A stretch of 64,000 nt of DNA from Octopus sinensis (taxonomy: Eukaryota). Both the position numbers and the translations under genes were made by a program. Within the stretch, counting starts at the first letter, position 1; every line of letters starts with the position of its first letter. Below, in pieces: positions 52,556-64,000 of the stretch. Under the pieces are notes generated by a model, which searched no databases, was not told the origin of the DNA, and was given only the letters and a program-made list of their open reading frames with translations. The stretch spans positions 87,234,001-87,298,000 of the forward strand of contig NC_043004.1 in assembly GCF_006345805.1 (NCBI RefSeq), in the 5' to 3' direction.

Positions 52556-53577
52556 CTGTAGGGAACTACCATATGTATTTGCAGGCAATATTCACTTTTC
52601 TTCATGACAATCATTGTGATTATCACAATGTTAACTTTATAGCAAGAGCACTTTTACAGCCTCTACCTGTAAAGCTCAGAGGTCATATTTGAATTTAATT
52701 TAAGGTACATGAATTTTCTATCTTTTGCTTGTTTCAGTCATTGCACTGCAGCCACCTTGAAGGGTTTAGTTGAACAAATTGACCCCTATATTTATTTTTT
52801 AAAATTCTGTCACTTATTCTGTCAGTCTTTTTTAATGAACTGCTTCATTACAGGGGATGTAAACAAACCAGCACCAGTTGTCAAGTGGTGCTGGGAGAGC
52901 AAACACAAAGACACACATATGATGGGCTTCCACACAGTTTCCATCTACCAAATTAACTTACAAGGCTTTAATTGACCCAAGGTGCCACACAGAGGGACTG
53001 TTCCCAGAACCATGTGGTCACAAAGTGAGATTTCTAACCATATAGCCATGCTAGTGCCTAGCCTATTGTAATTTATACAGCAGTTATAATAAATCTGACT
53101 AAACACGCTTTTTCTCATACATTGTAATACTAAAGAAATGCTAGTGTGTATTGTACACTAGCAATATTGCCTTTGGCTTTTAGTAACCAGCTTGTGCATT
53201 GAATATATAATGTAATCTTCAACAACATATAACAAAAGCTGGATCTGTGGGTTGTCTCTCATCATGGCTACGGTGTTTGCCAGAGACTTGTTTGATTGGG
53301 TCTGACATGCTTTACACGACCCAAAACAACAGCCATTTTTATGTCTTGTGATCTTTGGAATTTGCTTGCACACCTCATAATAACAAAGCTATTCACTTTT
53401 ACATATATTATTTTTTATCTTTATTGTATCTTACCTTATTTACAACCCAGGTGTGGCTTTGTAGTTAAGTTAGGTTCCCAACCACATGGTTTCAGGTTCA
53501 GTCTCACTGCATGGCACCTTGGGCAAGTGTCTTCTTGGCAGAAACTAAAAGAAGCTTGCAGTATATATATATATATG

Positions 53578-53609
<32 letters not shown>

Positions 53610-53659
53610 ATATATATATATATACATACATACACTCACACACACACACACACACACAC

Positions 53660-54095
53660 TGGGCAGGGCATGTTTGGAGGATGGAGGGCAGCAGGCTCCC
53701 AAAGGCAGTTTTCTATGTTGAACTGCATCAGGGCAGGAGGAATCAGGGTGGTCAGAGGTTGTGATACAGTGATGTGCTGAAGAGACCTATGAAGAACTCC
53801 GGTATCTCCTCAGATAACTAGGAGGAGAAGGCCTTGTGGCACAATGAATGGCACCAATCGTTGAAGCTTGTAATTCCAGCCATTGAAGAGAAACAGCAGA
53901 GAGAATGAATACAAAAGAACACTGGCAGGGGGAGGGGGCGTCACTTTTCCATTGCATCACATGACCTCACTTGTAACAGATGTTGCCAGTGCTGCAGATC
54001 AAGAGCAGACCTTGTAGCCCACAAGCAAGCCTGACAGAGATGATTACTGAACAAGAACAGTCAATGTTGACCTACTAAGGACAGACAATGATGAA
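53660..54095 (+). mobile_element. Decayed RTE 3' end with zinc-finger remnant
   Basis: TCNRCCQCCRSRADLVAHKQA resembles the RTE C-terminal finger. Flanked by CA and TA microsatellites. Confidence 0.6.
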
Positions 54096-54799
54096 ACGTA
54101 TATATATAATTCAACATGTACAACATTTTTTCCCTCCCTTCATCTGTTTTCTCTCCTAACTTCTTTTTGTAGAAGAGCACAGGCTTGGAACATCAAAGAC
54201 TCTTCCATTTTTCCTTAGTGTCAGACTAATACACCTTGTTTGTTTTTCCCTCACCTGTCCCTGATTTTTGTACAGATTTTGACCATATTTGTGTGTTGTG
54301 TGTGAGAGAGAGAGAGTTTGTACCTAATTGTCTTGCATTGCATAGTAGCTGTAAATGATTGTCTCTGCCATACAAGCTGTGTCATTCATTTCCAATAATC
54401 TGCTAAAAAGGAAGTCTGGCCATGGGGAAATATTACCTTGCTTGGAAACAGGTGAAGGTTAGCAAGGAGGAATGGTTACCAACTATAGAAAATCTGCCAC
54501 AATAAATTCCGTTCAACCCATTCAGACATGGAAAAGCGGATATTAAAACAAAGATGGTGGTGACAACACTATAAAATATGTCCAATAGTCCCACTGGGCT
54601 AATATTTCCTTGGAACTCACTACTGACCATGTTTCCAACAATCTTTAACCATTTACTCAATCTTGCAATTTGTATCCATCCCTTTCTTAACCTTTTTCTC
54701 CAGTGCAAAAAACACTGCTGTTTGTTTATATTAACACTTTAACTGCCACGGCTTGTTACTAGAACTTATTAATAACATCATGTATTTTTGGTTGCAAAT

Positions 54800-55240
54800 T
54801 CAATGACTGGCACCCGTGCTAGTGGAGCGCTAAGAGCACCATCCGAGTGTGATCGTTGCCAGAGCAGCTGACTGACTTCCATGCCAGTGGCACGTAAAAG
54901 CATGATCATTACCAGCGTCGCCTTACTGGCACGTGAAAAAACATTCGAGCGGGGTCGTTGCCAGTGCCGCTGGACTGGCTCTTGTGCAGGTGGCACATAA
55001 AAACCACCATTTGAGCATGGCCATTGCCAGTACTGCCTGACTGGCCCTCATGCCGATGGCACGTAAAAGCACCCACTACACTCTCGGAGTGGTTGGCGTT
55101 AGGAAGGGCATCCAGCTGTAGAAACTCCACCAGATCAGGATTGGAGCCTGGTGCAGCCATCTGGTTCGCCATTCCTCAGTCAAATCGCCCAACCCATGCT
55201 AGCATGGAAAGCGGATATTAAATGATGATGATGATGATGA
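54800..55240 (+). mobile_element. RTE-tail element with five internal motif repeats
   Basis: Same core and (GAT)n tail; repeated ggcacgtaaaagcacc-like units. Confidence 0.85.
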
Positions 55241-55535
55241 CTGCATGCTGCTTAATTATGAGGAAGTGTTTTTTTTTTGTTTGATTGTTTGTTTTTTTTT
55301 GCATTTTTACAATATTTCATAATTGAAATTTAATATTTAGCACTCATTGTATTTTAATGTCCACGAAACCATGTCAAAGATACAAAATAAAATATTTTCT
55401 AAAATTATGAGAATGCATCACCCATGGTACATGTGGCGATCGTGTGAGGTTTGTGATGAACCATCAGTTAACGTGTTAATTTAACCTATTATTTTCATTA
55501 GAATGAATATCTTAGTATCGGATGTTCTTGAACAG

Positions 55536-55647
55536 GTGATTTGGCCAGTGGACAACTTGGTATAGCAGCATTGACAAATGAACGAAAGACATTCCGTGAT
55601 AAGCTGGAACTTACCATTGAATATGCCAAGGCACTTGACTGCAAACG
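55536..55647 (+). CDS. HYI: HYI exon 2 (112 nt): (G)DLASGQLGIAALTNERKTFRDKLELTIEYAKALDCK(R)
   Basis: Acceptor ttcttgaacag, donor CG|GTATAG. GD...G..G.AA and YAKAL.C motifs. Phases 1 and 2 fit the neighbours. Confidence 0.93.
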
Positions 55648-57333
55648 GTATAGATTACATTACAGTTTTTATCTTTTTAGTGGTGAATGCAAATTGTTTT
55701 TTCCTTTTTCTTTTAATGAAACCAATATCTTTTTTTGAATTAGAAATTGTCAGTGGTTTAGTTTTCACCTTGGTGTGGCAGTGTGGTAAGAAGTTTGCTT
55801 CCCAACCATATGGTTAAGAGTTCAATCCCACTGTATGTTTTCTACTGTAGCCTCAAGCCAACCAAAACCTTATGAGTGGATTTGGTAGATGGAAACTGAA
55901 AGAAGCCCATCACATATGTATTTGTGTCTGTGTTTGTCCCTCCCACCACAATCACCATCACAACTTGACAGCCAGTGTTGGTTTGTTTATGTCCCTGCAA
56001 CTTAGTGGTTCAGCAAAACAGACCAATAGAACAAGTGCCAGGCTTAAAAGTACTGGGGTTGATTCATTTGACTAAAAACTCTTCAAAGCAGTGCCCCAGC
56101 ATGGCCACAGTCTAATAACTAAAACAAGTTTTTATGTATATACAATAGCCTTTCAATACCTGGTATAAAACCACCCACCTCCATTTTTTTCCCTTCTCAA
56201 ATACTCCCCTTCTTAGTTGTGGTAACTTTTCCTTTTTCTCTGTTCTTTCCTGTCTTGAAAGTCTACATAATAACCTCACTAGTGCCAGTGGCACAGAAAA
56301 AGGTCCCAGTTCACTCTATAAAGTGGTTGGCATTAGGAAGGGTATCCAACTGTAGAAACCATGCAAAAGTTAACACAGCCTTGCCCTTCACCAGATCCCG
56401 TCAAACTGTACAACCCATGCTGCATGGAAAATGGACATTAAATGATGCTGATGATTGTCATTGTTTAAATTGTATGTGTGTGTGTGTATATATAACTGTG
56501 TATACATGTGTATATGTGTGTGTGTGCTTGTTTCCTCCTTGTCATCTTTCATTATGCCTGTTGTCTGCCTCAAACTCATCTCAAATTATCTTTATTACAC
56601 ACAATTTTTAATTTTATTTACAGCCCCTAGTTTATCTTATTACCTTTTAATGATGGCATACTATATTCTCCCCCCCCCTTCTTTCCTCTCTCCATTTCCC
56701 TCTTTCTACTTCTCCCCCTACTTCTTTCCCTTATTCTAGTCCCTCAAAAGAGTTCAAAGAACCAGAACATTACAAAGTTTATATTCATGGTGATGCATTA
56801 ATGAATGAGTTTGGTTGCATACAGATCATTTTTAAAACAACAGATGAAGTGTAATAATGGTTTCTTGTTTCTTTGCTTCTTTTCATTAGTGAAGGCAACA
56901 AGATTGGTATGACCATTTAGAGGAGGTTCTTCAGGTCTATATTCTTGAAGAAAATGCAAATTTGGCCAGAGTTGTCAAGATTGCATATACTCTTTACTCT
57001 CTTTTCTCTTTTACTTGATTGTCATTTGACTGTGGCCATGCTTTCATTCTTGTTTTACTTGGGTGGACCCTTCATAGCCATTCGATGTTTAGAAAAGTCC
57101 TATTATACTTTTATACTTAAACAGTGTAAAGAATTCTTTTATCTTTTTCTTGTTTCAATCATTAGACTACGGCCTTCATGGGGCACCACACTGAAGAATT
57201 TTAGTCAAGCAAATCCACCCCAGTATTTATAAGTCTGGTACTTATTCTATCGATCTCCTTTTGCTGAACCGTTAAGTTACAGAGACGTAAACACAGACAC
57301 ATATATATACATGATGGGCTTCTTTCAGTTTCT

Positions 57334-57566
57334 TATTTCTTTATTGCCCACAAGGGGCTAAACACAGAGGGGACAAACAAGGACAGACAAAGGGATTAAG
57401 TCGATTACATCGATCCCAGTGCATAACTGGTACTTAATTTATCAACCCCGAAAGGATGAAAGGCAAAGTCGACCTTGGCAGAATTTGAACTCAGAATGTA
57501 ACGGCAGACAAAATACTGCTAAGCATTTCGCCTGGCTTGCTAACGATTCTGCCAGCTCGCTGCCTT
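57334..57566 (-). mobile_element. SINE family A nested in a family B SINE
   Basis: 16-bp TSD with one mismatch, gcttctttcag(t/g)ttct, at 57318-57333 and 57567-57582. Confidence 0.9.
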
Positions 57567-58779
57567 GCTTCTTTCAGGTTCTGTCAACCAAAATCCACTC
57601 ATAAGGTTTTGGTTGGCCTGAGGCTGTAGTAGAAGACACTTGCTCAAGGTACACCACAGCCACATCTGCACCTATTGTATTGTAGCAGAATAATCAATTA
57701 ATTGCACATAAACTTTAATAACAAAATCTTATATAGACCCCCCCCAAGTTGTGAACTATTGTTGTAACCCAACCCTAGTTCATATTATATATTGACACTG
57801 TCATTAACATCATCATATCTTCCCTTAAAGCTAAAAGTTAACGTTATTTTCAATATATTTGCATTATCTGTTTCAAAATATCATTATGCTTAACATTTGA
57901 TAGATTAGTTTTAATGTAAAAGCTTTCGCCACATTAGCTCAAGGGTTTAGCTCCTTATTTTGTTGTACACTGAATAGAATCCAGTTACATGACATTTACC
58001 AATAATACTAATAATAATAATAATTTCTGTATCATGATGTCTAACATTTGAAATATTGATTTCTAACCCAATAGTAATAATAATAATAATAATAATTCTA
58101 AGTAAATACTATTTTAAGTAGTATGCCCTCAATACACACTGCAAAATAACACTTGATTAAAACTAGCAATTAACAGTTTGCTCTTGATCAAATACTTCAT
58201 GTTTAGGGCCTAAATTTGTGTCCATTCTATTGAGTCATCTGTTTAATGGAAGAAACAAATACTGTTTTGTGTAATTAATGAAATGTATGTATATGCAAGT
58301 GTGGCTGTGTGGTTAATAAGCTTACTTCTCAAACATGAAGTCTTTAGTTCAGTCCCACTGTGCGGCACCTTGGGCAAGCTGTCTTTTTATGGCCCTGAAC
58401 TGATCAAACCCTTGTGAATCGACTTAATAGAAATAGATGGAAATTGGAAGAAGCCTGTCATGTGTGTGTTTGTGTGCACCTGCTTTTCCCCCCAATGTGA
58501 GAACTTCTGCGTGATCTGTAACTAGATCTCCCTCAAAATATATTCTACTGTATTTCAAAAAGGATATTTTAGATAATTTAGTTCTAAGTATACAAAAAAT
58601 AGCCTGATTGGAGCTGACCTGAGTCTAAACAGCAACAACGGTACCAAGTTGCTTTCTCAAGAATGCAAGACAGCATTTGTGATATACTTAGTACAGAAAA
58701 TAACTGACTGTTAAATGATGATTGGTATTTAAGAGTAATAAATTGTACTAACGTAATTCATAATTTATATCTAACACAG

Positions 58780-58879
58780 AGTTCATATTATGGCTGCTAA
58801 ACTACCTAAATATTCTGATAGTGCCGTGGAAGAAACTTTCACGGATAACCTACAATATGCTGCAGACCGATTGATGAAG
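58780..58879 (+). CDS. HYI: HYI exon 3 (100 nt): (R)VHIMAAKLPKYSDSAVEETFTDNLQYAADRLMK
   Basis: Not in the ORF track. TACTAAC branch point at 58746-58752, acceptor ctaacacag, donor AAG|GTAAAT. RVHIMA and F..NL.YAA motifs. Confidence 0.92.
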
Positions 58880-58945
58880 GTAAATATACAGTTTGTTTTC
58901 CTCACTTCTAAAGATATTTGTTTTATTGTTGTAGTCTTTCTTTAA

Positions 58946-59166
58946 CCCTTTTGTTACCATATTTCTGTTGAGATGCTCTGTGTTTCTTTCAATTAATTCA
59001 GATATAACAAAGAATTTAGTAAAATAACTTAGTTATCATTAAGCTAGTGTTAGGAACATAAATTGTGACTAAGGTTTGGTGGAAGATTTTAATTCAAAAC
59101 TTATGAAAACAAGACATTTGTATAACAGATCCACAGACGGTTTCAGCTGGGTTGGTATCGAAAGGG
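58946..59166 (+). mobile_element. piggyBac-type MITE. Decayed copies at ~1990-2230, 18320-18540, 37070-37250, 42820-43030
   Basis: TTAA on both sides (58942-58945, 59167-59170). Imperfect TIRs cccttttgttacca / tggtatcgaaaggg. No ORF. Confidence 0.85.
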
Positions 59167-59336
59167 TTAAGGGTTTCAATTTTCATCACCATTGTCATTT
59201 TTATGTCCACATTTTCATGCTGGTATGAGTTGGAAGAAAACTTACTGAGGCAGTATTTCATGACCTATTCACTTTCTATCATCATTCGTCACCTGCCTTT
59301 CAAGTAATGGATTTCTATTCTAGTGGTTTTCACATA

Positions 59337-59740
59337 GGTGCAGGAGTGGCTGTGTGGTAAGTAGCTTGCTTACCAACCACATGGTCCCGGGTTCAGTCCC
59401 ACTGCGTGGCCCCTTGGGCAAGTGTCTTCTACTATGGCCTCGGGCCAACCAAAGCCTTGTGAGTGGATTTGGTAGATGGAAACTGGAAGAAGCCTGTTGT
59501 ATATATATATATGTATGAGTGTATATATGTTTGTGTGTCTGTGGTTGTCCTCCCAACATCGCTTGACAACCGATGCTGGTGTGTTTACATCCCCGTAACT
59601 TAGTGGTTCAGCAAAAGAGACCGATAGAATAAGTACTAGGCTTACAAAGAATAAGCTCTGGGGTTGATTTGATTGACTAAAGGAAGTGCTCTAGCATGGC
59701 CACAGTCAAATGACTGAAACAAGTAAAAGAGTGAAAGAGT
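59337..59740 (+). mobile_element. tRNA-derived SINE (family B) with internal TA/TG microsatellite. Copies near 33380, 39550, 47075, 47525, 48260, 52730, 55770, 57150, 58300, 63755
   Basis: Head tggctgtgtggt...ggttcagtccc, CORE-like cttgggcaagt, tail tgactgaaacaagtaaaag. Confidence 0.88.
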
Positions 59741-60050
59741 AACTGAAAAGCATAAGAATAGTACATAATATGACATCCTTATTTTGCTTAAATGGTAAGA
59801 TAAGAACACATTTATGTGCATTCACGCATATATATGTAGTTGAGAAGCCCTTCAGTCTTATGATAAACTTGTTAGTGTTGGTGTCACATAAAATGCACCC
59901 AGTACACTCTGTAGAGTTGTTGGTGTTACGAAGAGCAACCAGCCATAAAAACCATGTTGAAACTGAGACTAAAGCATGGTATGATAATCTGACCTGTCAA
60001 AATGTCTAACCCATAACAGTGGACATAAAAAATGATACTGGTAATATATA

Positions 60051-60670
60051 CAAGGGGGTACCCAAAAGTAACTGGAAACGTTCTCTGTGGGACAAGCCTA
60101 TTGTAGTTTGGGCTTCCACTGCTAGAAGTCACTTTATGCTATCCTCAGGCATCAGTCTGCCAACCAGTGTCGTTGAGTGGAGTCGTACTGCCATGTAGTG
60201 CATCTTCCCTGTTTGTCAGTTTTTGAAACAAAGGAACAGTGTGTTTCCTTGGAATTCTGTTTTTTTTTGCTGGGGAAAACAACAGCCAAAACAGTTGTCA
60301 TGCTTCAAACAGCTTACAAGGATGCTGCCATGAGCAAAACCCAATTTTACAAGTGGTTTTCATGCTTTAGGAAATTGTCGCTTGGAGACCAACCTCATTC
60401 AGGGCGACTGTCAATCTTCCAAGCAAATAATAACATCATGAAAATTCATGAACTGGTCTTGGAGGACCGTCACTGAACAGTTGATGAACTTGTTGATATA
60501 ATTGGTGTGTCCTGGAGCTCCTACCAACGAATTTTGAGCAAGGAATTGCGAATGAAAAGTGTTGCAGCCATATTTGTGCATCATTTGCTCATGGAAGATC
60601 AAAAGCAGTCACAACTGAATGCGAGTCGTGAACTGAAAGAACAATTGGAAGTTGATCTGGACCTGAAGAG
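60051..60670 (+). mobile_element. Mariner transposon 5' fragment (TIR plus HTH DNA-binding region), inactive
   Basis: TA|caagggggtacccaaaag terminus. EQCVSLEFCF.LGKTT..T..MLQTAY..AMSKTQFYKWF..F...DQPHSGR, then stop, then ILSKELRMKSVAAIFVHHLL (WVP-linker equivalent). No catalytic domain. Confidence 0.88.
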
Positions 60671-60921
60671 GTCTGATAATGCAGAAACCTGTCTTGAATT
60701 GTCTCTTCTACTTGCCAGAATAATTTTTAAAATATTACTCATTGACTTGTTTTAACTTTTTGTCATCACATAATTATTTTTAACTAATTTTTCTTTAATG
60801 CTCACAGCATTGACTAAGCTAACACTCATTTGATTTGTGTTTTAAATATCTTACATTAGTCTTTTTGTTTATGATAAAGAAATAATTGATCTGATTGTTA
60901 TTATTATTTTTGTTTTCACAG

Positions 60922-61000
60922 GAAAATATTATGGGATTGATTGAACCAATAAATTCTCGCTTAAGTGTTCCTAAATATTTCCTTGATAATCTCCATAAAG
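60922..61000 (+). CDS. HYI: HYI exon 4 (79 nt): ENIMGLIEPINSRLSVPKYFLDNLHK(A)
   Basis: Acceptor tttttgttttcacag, donor G|GTAAAG. Conserved IEPIN...P.YFL motif. Confidence 0.93.
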
Positions 61001-61809
61001 GTAAAGTCTTTTCTTTCAATCTTTTATTTGATCAATTGCATATCATATTGCATGGCCTAGTGGCTAGATGTTAGGCTTGGAATCATAAGGTTGTGAGTTT
61101 AATCTCTTGACTGAGCAGCACATTGTGTCTTTGAGTAACACATTTCATTTCACATTGCTCCTGACTGCTCAGCTGAAAATAAATACCAGCCAAATCGTGA
61201 TGCAGCTCTGTTACCCTGTAGCTATCACATCCTTGATATTCTACTTGCCATTGAGAGGAGGACGGTGAGAATGTCTGTGTCAACTTGTGACTATATGGAC
61301 TATGGACTCATAAAACAATTAGAAAATGCATACTTGTGAGTGACAGCTGTGGGGATGAGCTGAGCCGGAAGGAAAGGGCTGTTTATGTCAACGGTCAAGG
61401 GGTTTGACCAGAACAGGAAGGGTGTGAGAGGAAGTGCCAATTGGGACAGACTGAAGAGTCCTTGCCACACAGAGTGATGTTAAGATATGAATGGTGGAGA
61501 TCCATTGAGTCAAGTACACCAACATCAAAAATCAATGGAAACTGCAGTTGTGATCCCTGTGCCGGTGGCACATAAAAGCACCATCTGATTGTGGCCGTTG
61601 CCAGCCTCGTCTGGCACCTGTGCCAGTGGCACGTAAAAAGCACCCACTGCACTCATGGAGTGGTTGGCGTTAGGAAGGGCATCCAACCATAGAAATCATG
61701 CCAAATCAGACTGGTGCCTGGTGCAGCCTTCTGGCTTCCCAGATCCCTGGTCAAACCATCCAACCCATGCTAGCATGGAGAACGGATGTTAAACGATGAT
61801 GATGATGCA

Positions 61810-62000
61810 TCTGAGTAAACCATCAGAATGCCCTACGGAAGAGAGAAAGACAGTCTTCATGGAAGTGGGAGAGGAAGTCTGGGTCAAGCCCTCGAAGGCA
61901 CGCTCCACATCTCAGAGGAACAGTGACAGCTGTTAACTCCAAAAATAACATTTCTGTGGATGGAATGCCACATAATGTTTTGGATGTTCGCAGTCAATAT
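61810..62000 (+). mobile_element. Gypsy-type integrase C-terminal relic
   Basis: VGEEVWVKPSKARSTSQ / GTVTAVNSKNNISVDGMPHNVLDVR, with a frameshift between the two pieces. Confidence 0.6.
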
Positions 62001-63145
62001 GATGTGGCAGTCAATATGTAGCTGGATGATGCAGGAGTTGAGCCACCAACTTCATCAATAACCTCAAACAAAGACATCAGCTTGAAGACTGTATTAGATG
62101 TAGAAGCAGTATTTGTGGATTGAGACATCTTGGTTTGATCAAAACAACAGCTAAGATGATGATGAATATTAACTCTTAATTTATTGTTACCATTTTTTTA
62201 AAAGGAATTGTATTACTTTCTTTACCGTCATCATCATTGTAATGTCCACCCTTACATGCCTGCTCGATTCATATGGAATTCATTAAGGTATAGTTCTATA
62301 GCTGGAGGCCCTTCTTGTTGCCAACTCTCACTTGTTTCCCATGAAGGTAATATGTCTCCATAGCTAGGCATGTTTTTCACAGAAGATTGTAAACAAACCA
62401 TGCTTGTTTACAACCATCATATGATGTCGAGACAGGTCCCTCTCAAGGACTACTGGTGATGTGTAACCCAGTACAAGCTGTCGCATGGTCAGGCCCTTGG
62501 CACCTTGGCAATTAAACCACTAACCCTACCAAACTTGCTTGGCAAGGAGGGTAATTTATTGGACATACTACAGGATAGAAAACAAAACTCGTCAAAGGAC
62601 AGGAACTCAAGAGAGTCAACAATCCTCCAATATGTTAAGGTGCATGGCCTACTAATTAGGGTGTTGTGCTCACAATCATAAGATAATGGTTTTGACTCAA
62701 GGGTTGGCTGTGTGTTATGTTCTTGAGCAAAATACTTCAATTCATGTTGCTCTAATCCACTCAACTGTAAATGGATAACCTTGTGACAGATTGATGTAAA
62801 AGGGTGAGATGGTGACTCTGGAAAATCACCTGAATGGAGGCCTTGCGAGTCACGTTTTGTATTCAGCAATTGAAAGAATGTATAGTGCAACACATACTGT
62901 GAATCCTGACTGGTTGGGATTGGTTGTTCAACCACATCAAAGAAACACACAATAAGCTCGTTTCAGTAGCCACCTACCAATTTCTCTCAAAAGCTTTGGT
63001 CAGCCTGAGGCTAAAGTAGAAGACACTTGTTCAAGGTGCTGCACGATGGAACTGAACCAGAAAACCCATGCATGTACCTTCATAAATAAAATAAGAGTTG
63101 TTCATTTTGAAGTGTATTTCTTATACCAATGTTTTTTTATTTTAG

Positions 63146-63195
63146 CTTTGAAATACGTCCAGGAACTGAACCATCCAAATTTGAAGTTGCAGTTT
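63146..63195 (+). CDS. HYI: HYI exon 5 (50 nt): (A)LKYVQELNHPNLKLQF
   Basis: Acceptor tttttttattttag, donor TTT|GTAAGT. PNLKLQF precedes the D..H motif expected in the next exon, which lies outside the window. Confidence 0.9.
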
Positions 63196-63309
63196 GTAAG
63201 TTACTAGTTTTTTATTATTATTATTTTTTTTATTTATTTACTATTTTATATACTGAGTCTGGAGCAAAAGCTAGTGTCCATGATTTTTGCAGGCCTTCTG
63301 AAACCAGTG

Positions 63310-63710
63310 ATCTTAGCTTGATGGCATTAATGCTTTGTTTAAACTAATACCTATCACCACCCGTAGGAAAGCCATTAGCAGGAAGAAGATTCCAGGGTGT
63401 TGATGTTTGGGGGAAGAAGGAATGGAATCGTGATGACAAGTTTCCAAGAAGTAGAGAGAGATAAGTGGATTAGGAGTGCCCGACCTTTAAGCCTTACAAC
63501 AATTGTCAGTTTGTTAATCCTGACAGGTGGTCATAGGTGGATGCCTTTACTGGAGTAGCGAACTCAACTCTTGCAAGCATTCGGATCATATCTCCATTCT
63601 GAGAGTTGATAGATCATTCTTGTTCATTCACCAGTCTTGAAGGCTCTGCAAAATGGGTCATAGGCACTGTCCTTTTTCACTGACAAACCCATAAAATAAT
63701 ACTTGGGGAA
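63310..63710 (-). mobile_element. CR1/L2/Jockey-group LINE ORF2 C-terminal relic
   Basis: Minus strand SRFHSFFPQTSTPWNLLP...FKQSINAI matches the typical FFPRT..WN.LP...FK ending. Confidence 0.55.
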
Positions 63711-64000
63711 GATACTCCCCTTTTGACTAGTTTTTTTTTTTGTCTTTTATACTGATTTCAGACATTTGATTGTGGCCATGCTGGGGCACCACTTTGAAGG
63801 GTATAGCTGAACAAATTGACCCCAGTACTTATATTTTAACTCTGGTCACTTTTGCTAAATTACAGGAACCAACACAGCTTGTCAAGTGATGCTGTGGGAC
63901 ATACACAAACACACACAAGTTTCCTCACAGTTTCTACCTACCAAATTCACTCACAAGGCATTGGTTAGCCTCGATTTATAGTAGAAGGTACTTACCCATG

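Noticed and set aside
42502-63195. HYI as a recent horizontal transfer from bacteria
   Set aside because: HYI is widespread in animals, and this copy has multiple canonical introns.

Overview
This is AT-rich, microsatellite- and SINE-dense eukaryotic DNA. The repeat families and (CA)/(TA)/(ATT)/(GAT) microsatellites point to an octopus/coleoid cephalopod genome (inference). Two spliced + strand genes are visible. The first is Rab3: last three coding exons at 5047-5165, 22909-23033 and 26138-26328, ending in a CQC prenylation motif, with a probable ~4.6 kb repeat-poor 3' UTR. The second is hydroxypyruvate isomerase (HYI): first five coding exons at 42502-42700, 55536-55647, 58780-58879, 60922-61000 and 63146-63195. 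Between the genes lie two tandem 5'-truncated RTE-clade LINEs (37460-39546, near intact; ~39740-41580, decayed). Introns are filled with tRNA-derived SINEs, RTE 3'-end fragments, Penelope-like remnants (some with decayed hammerhead-like motifs), piggyBac- and hAT-type MITEs, and mariner, Gypsy and CR1/L2 relics. Most other ORFs in the track are spurious. I see no clearly new protein system; the best leads are RNA-structural and retroelement features. Repeat boundaries without a stated TSD are approximate and were read by eye.
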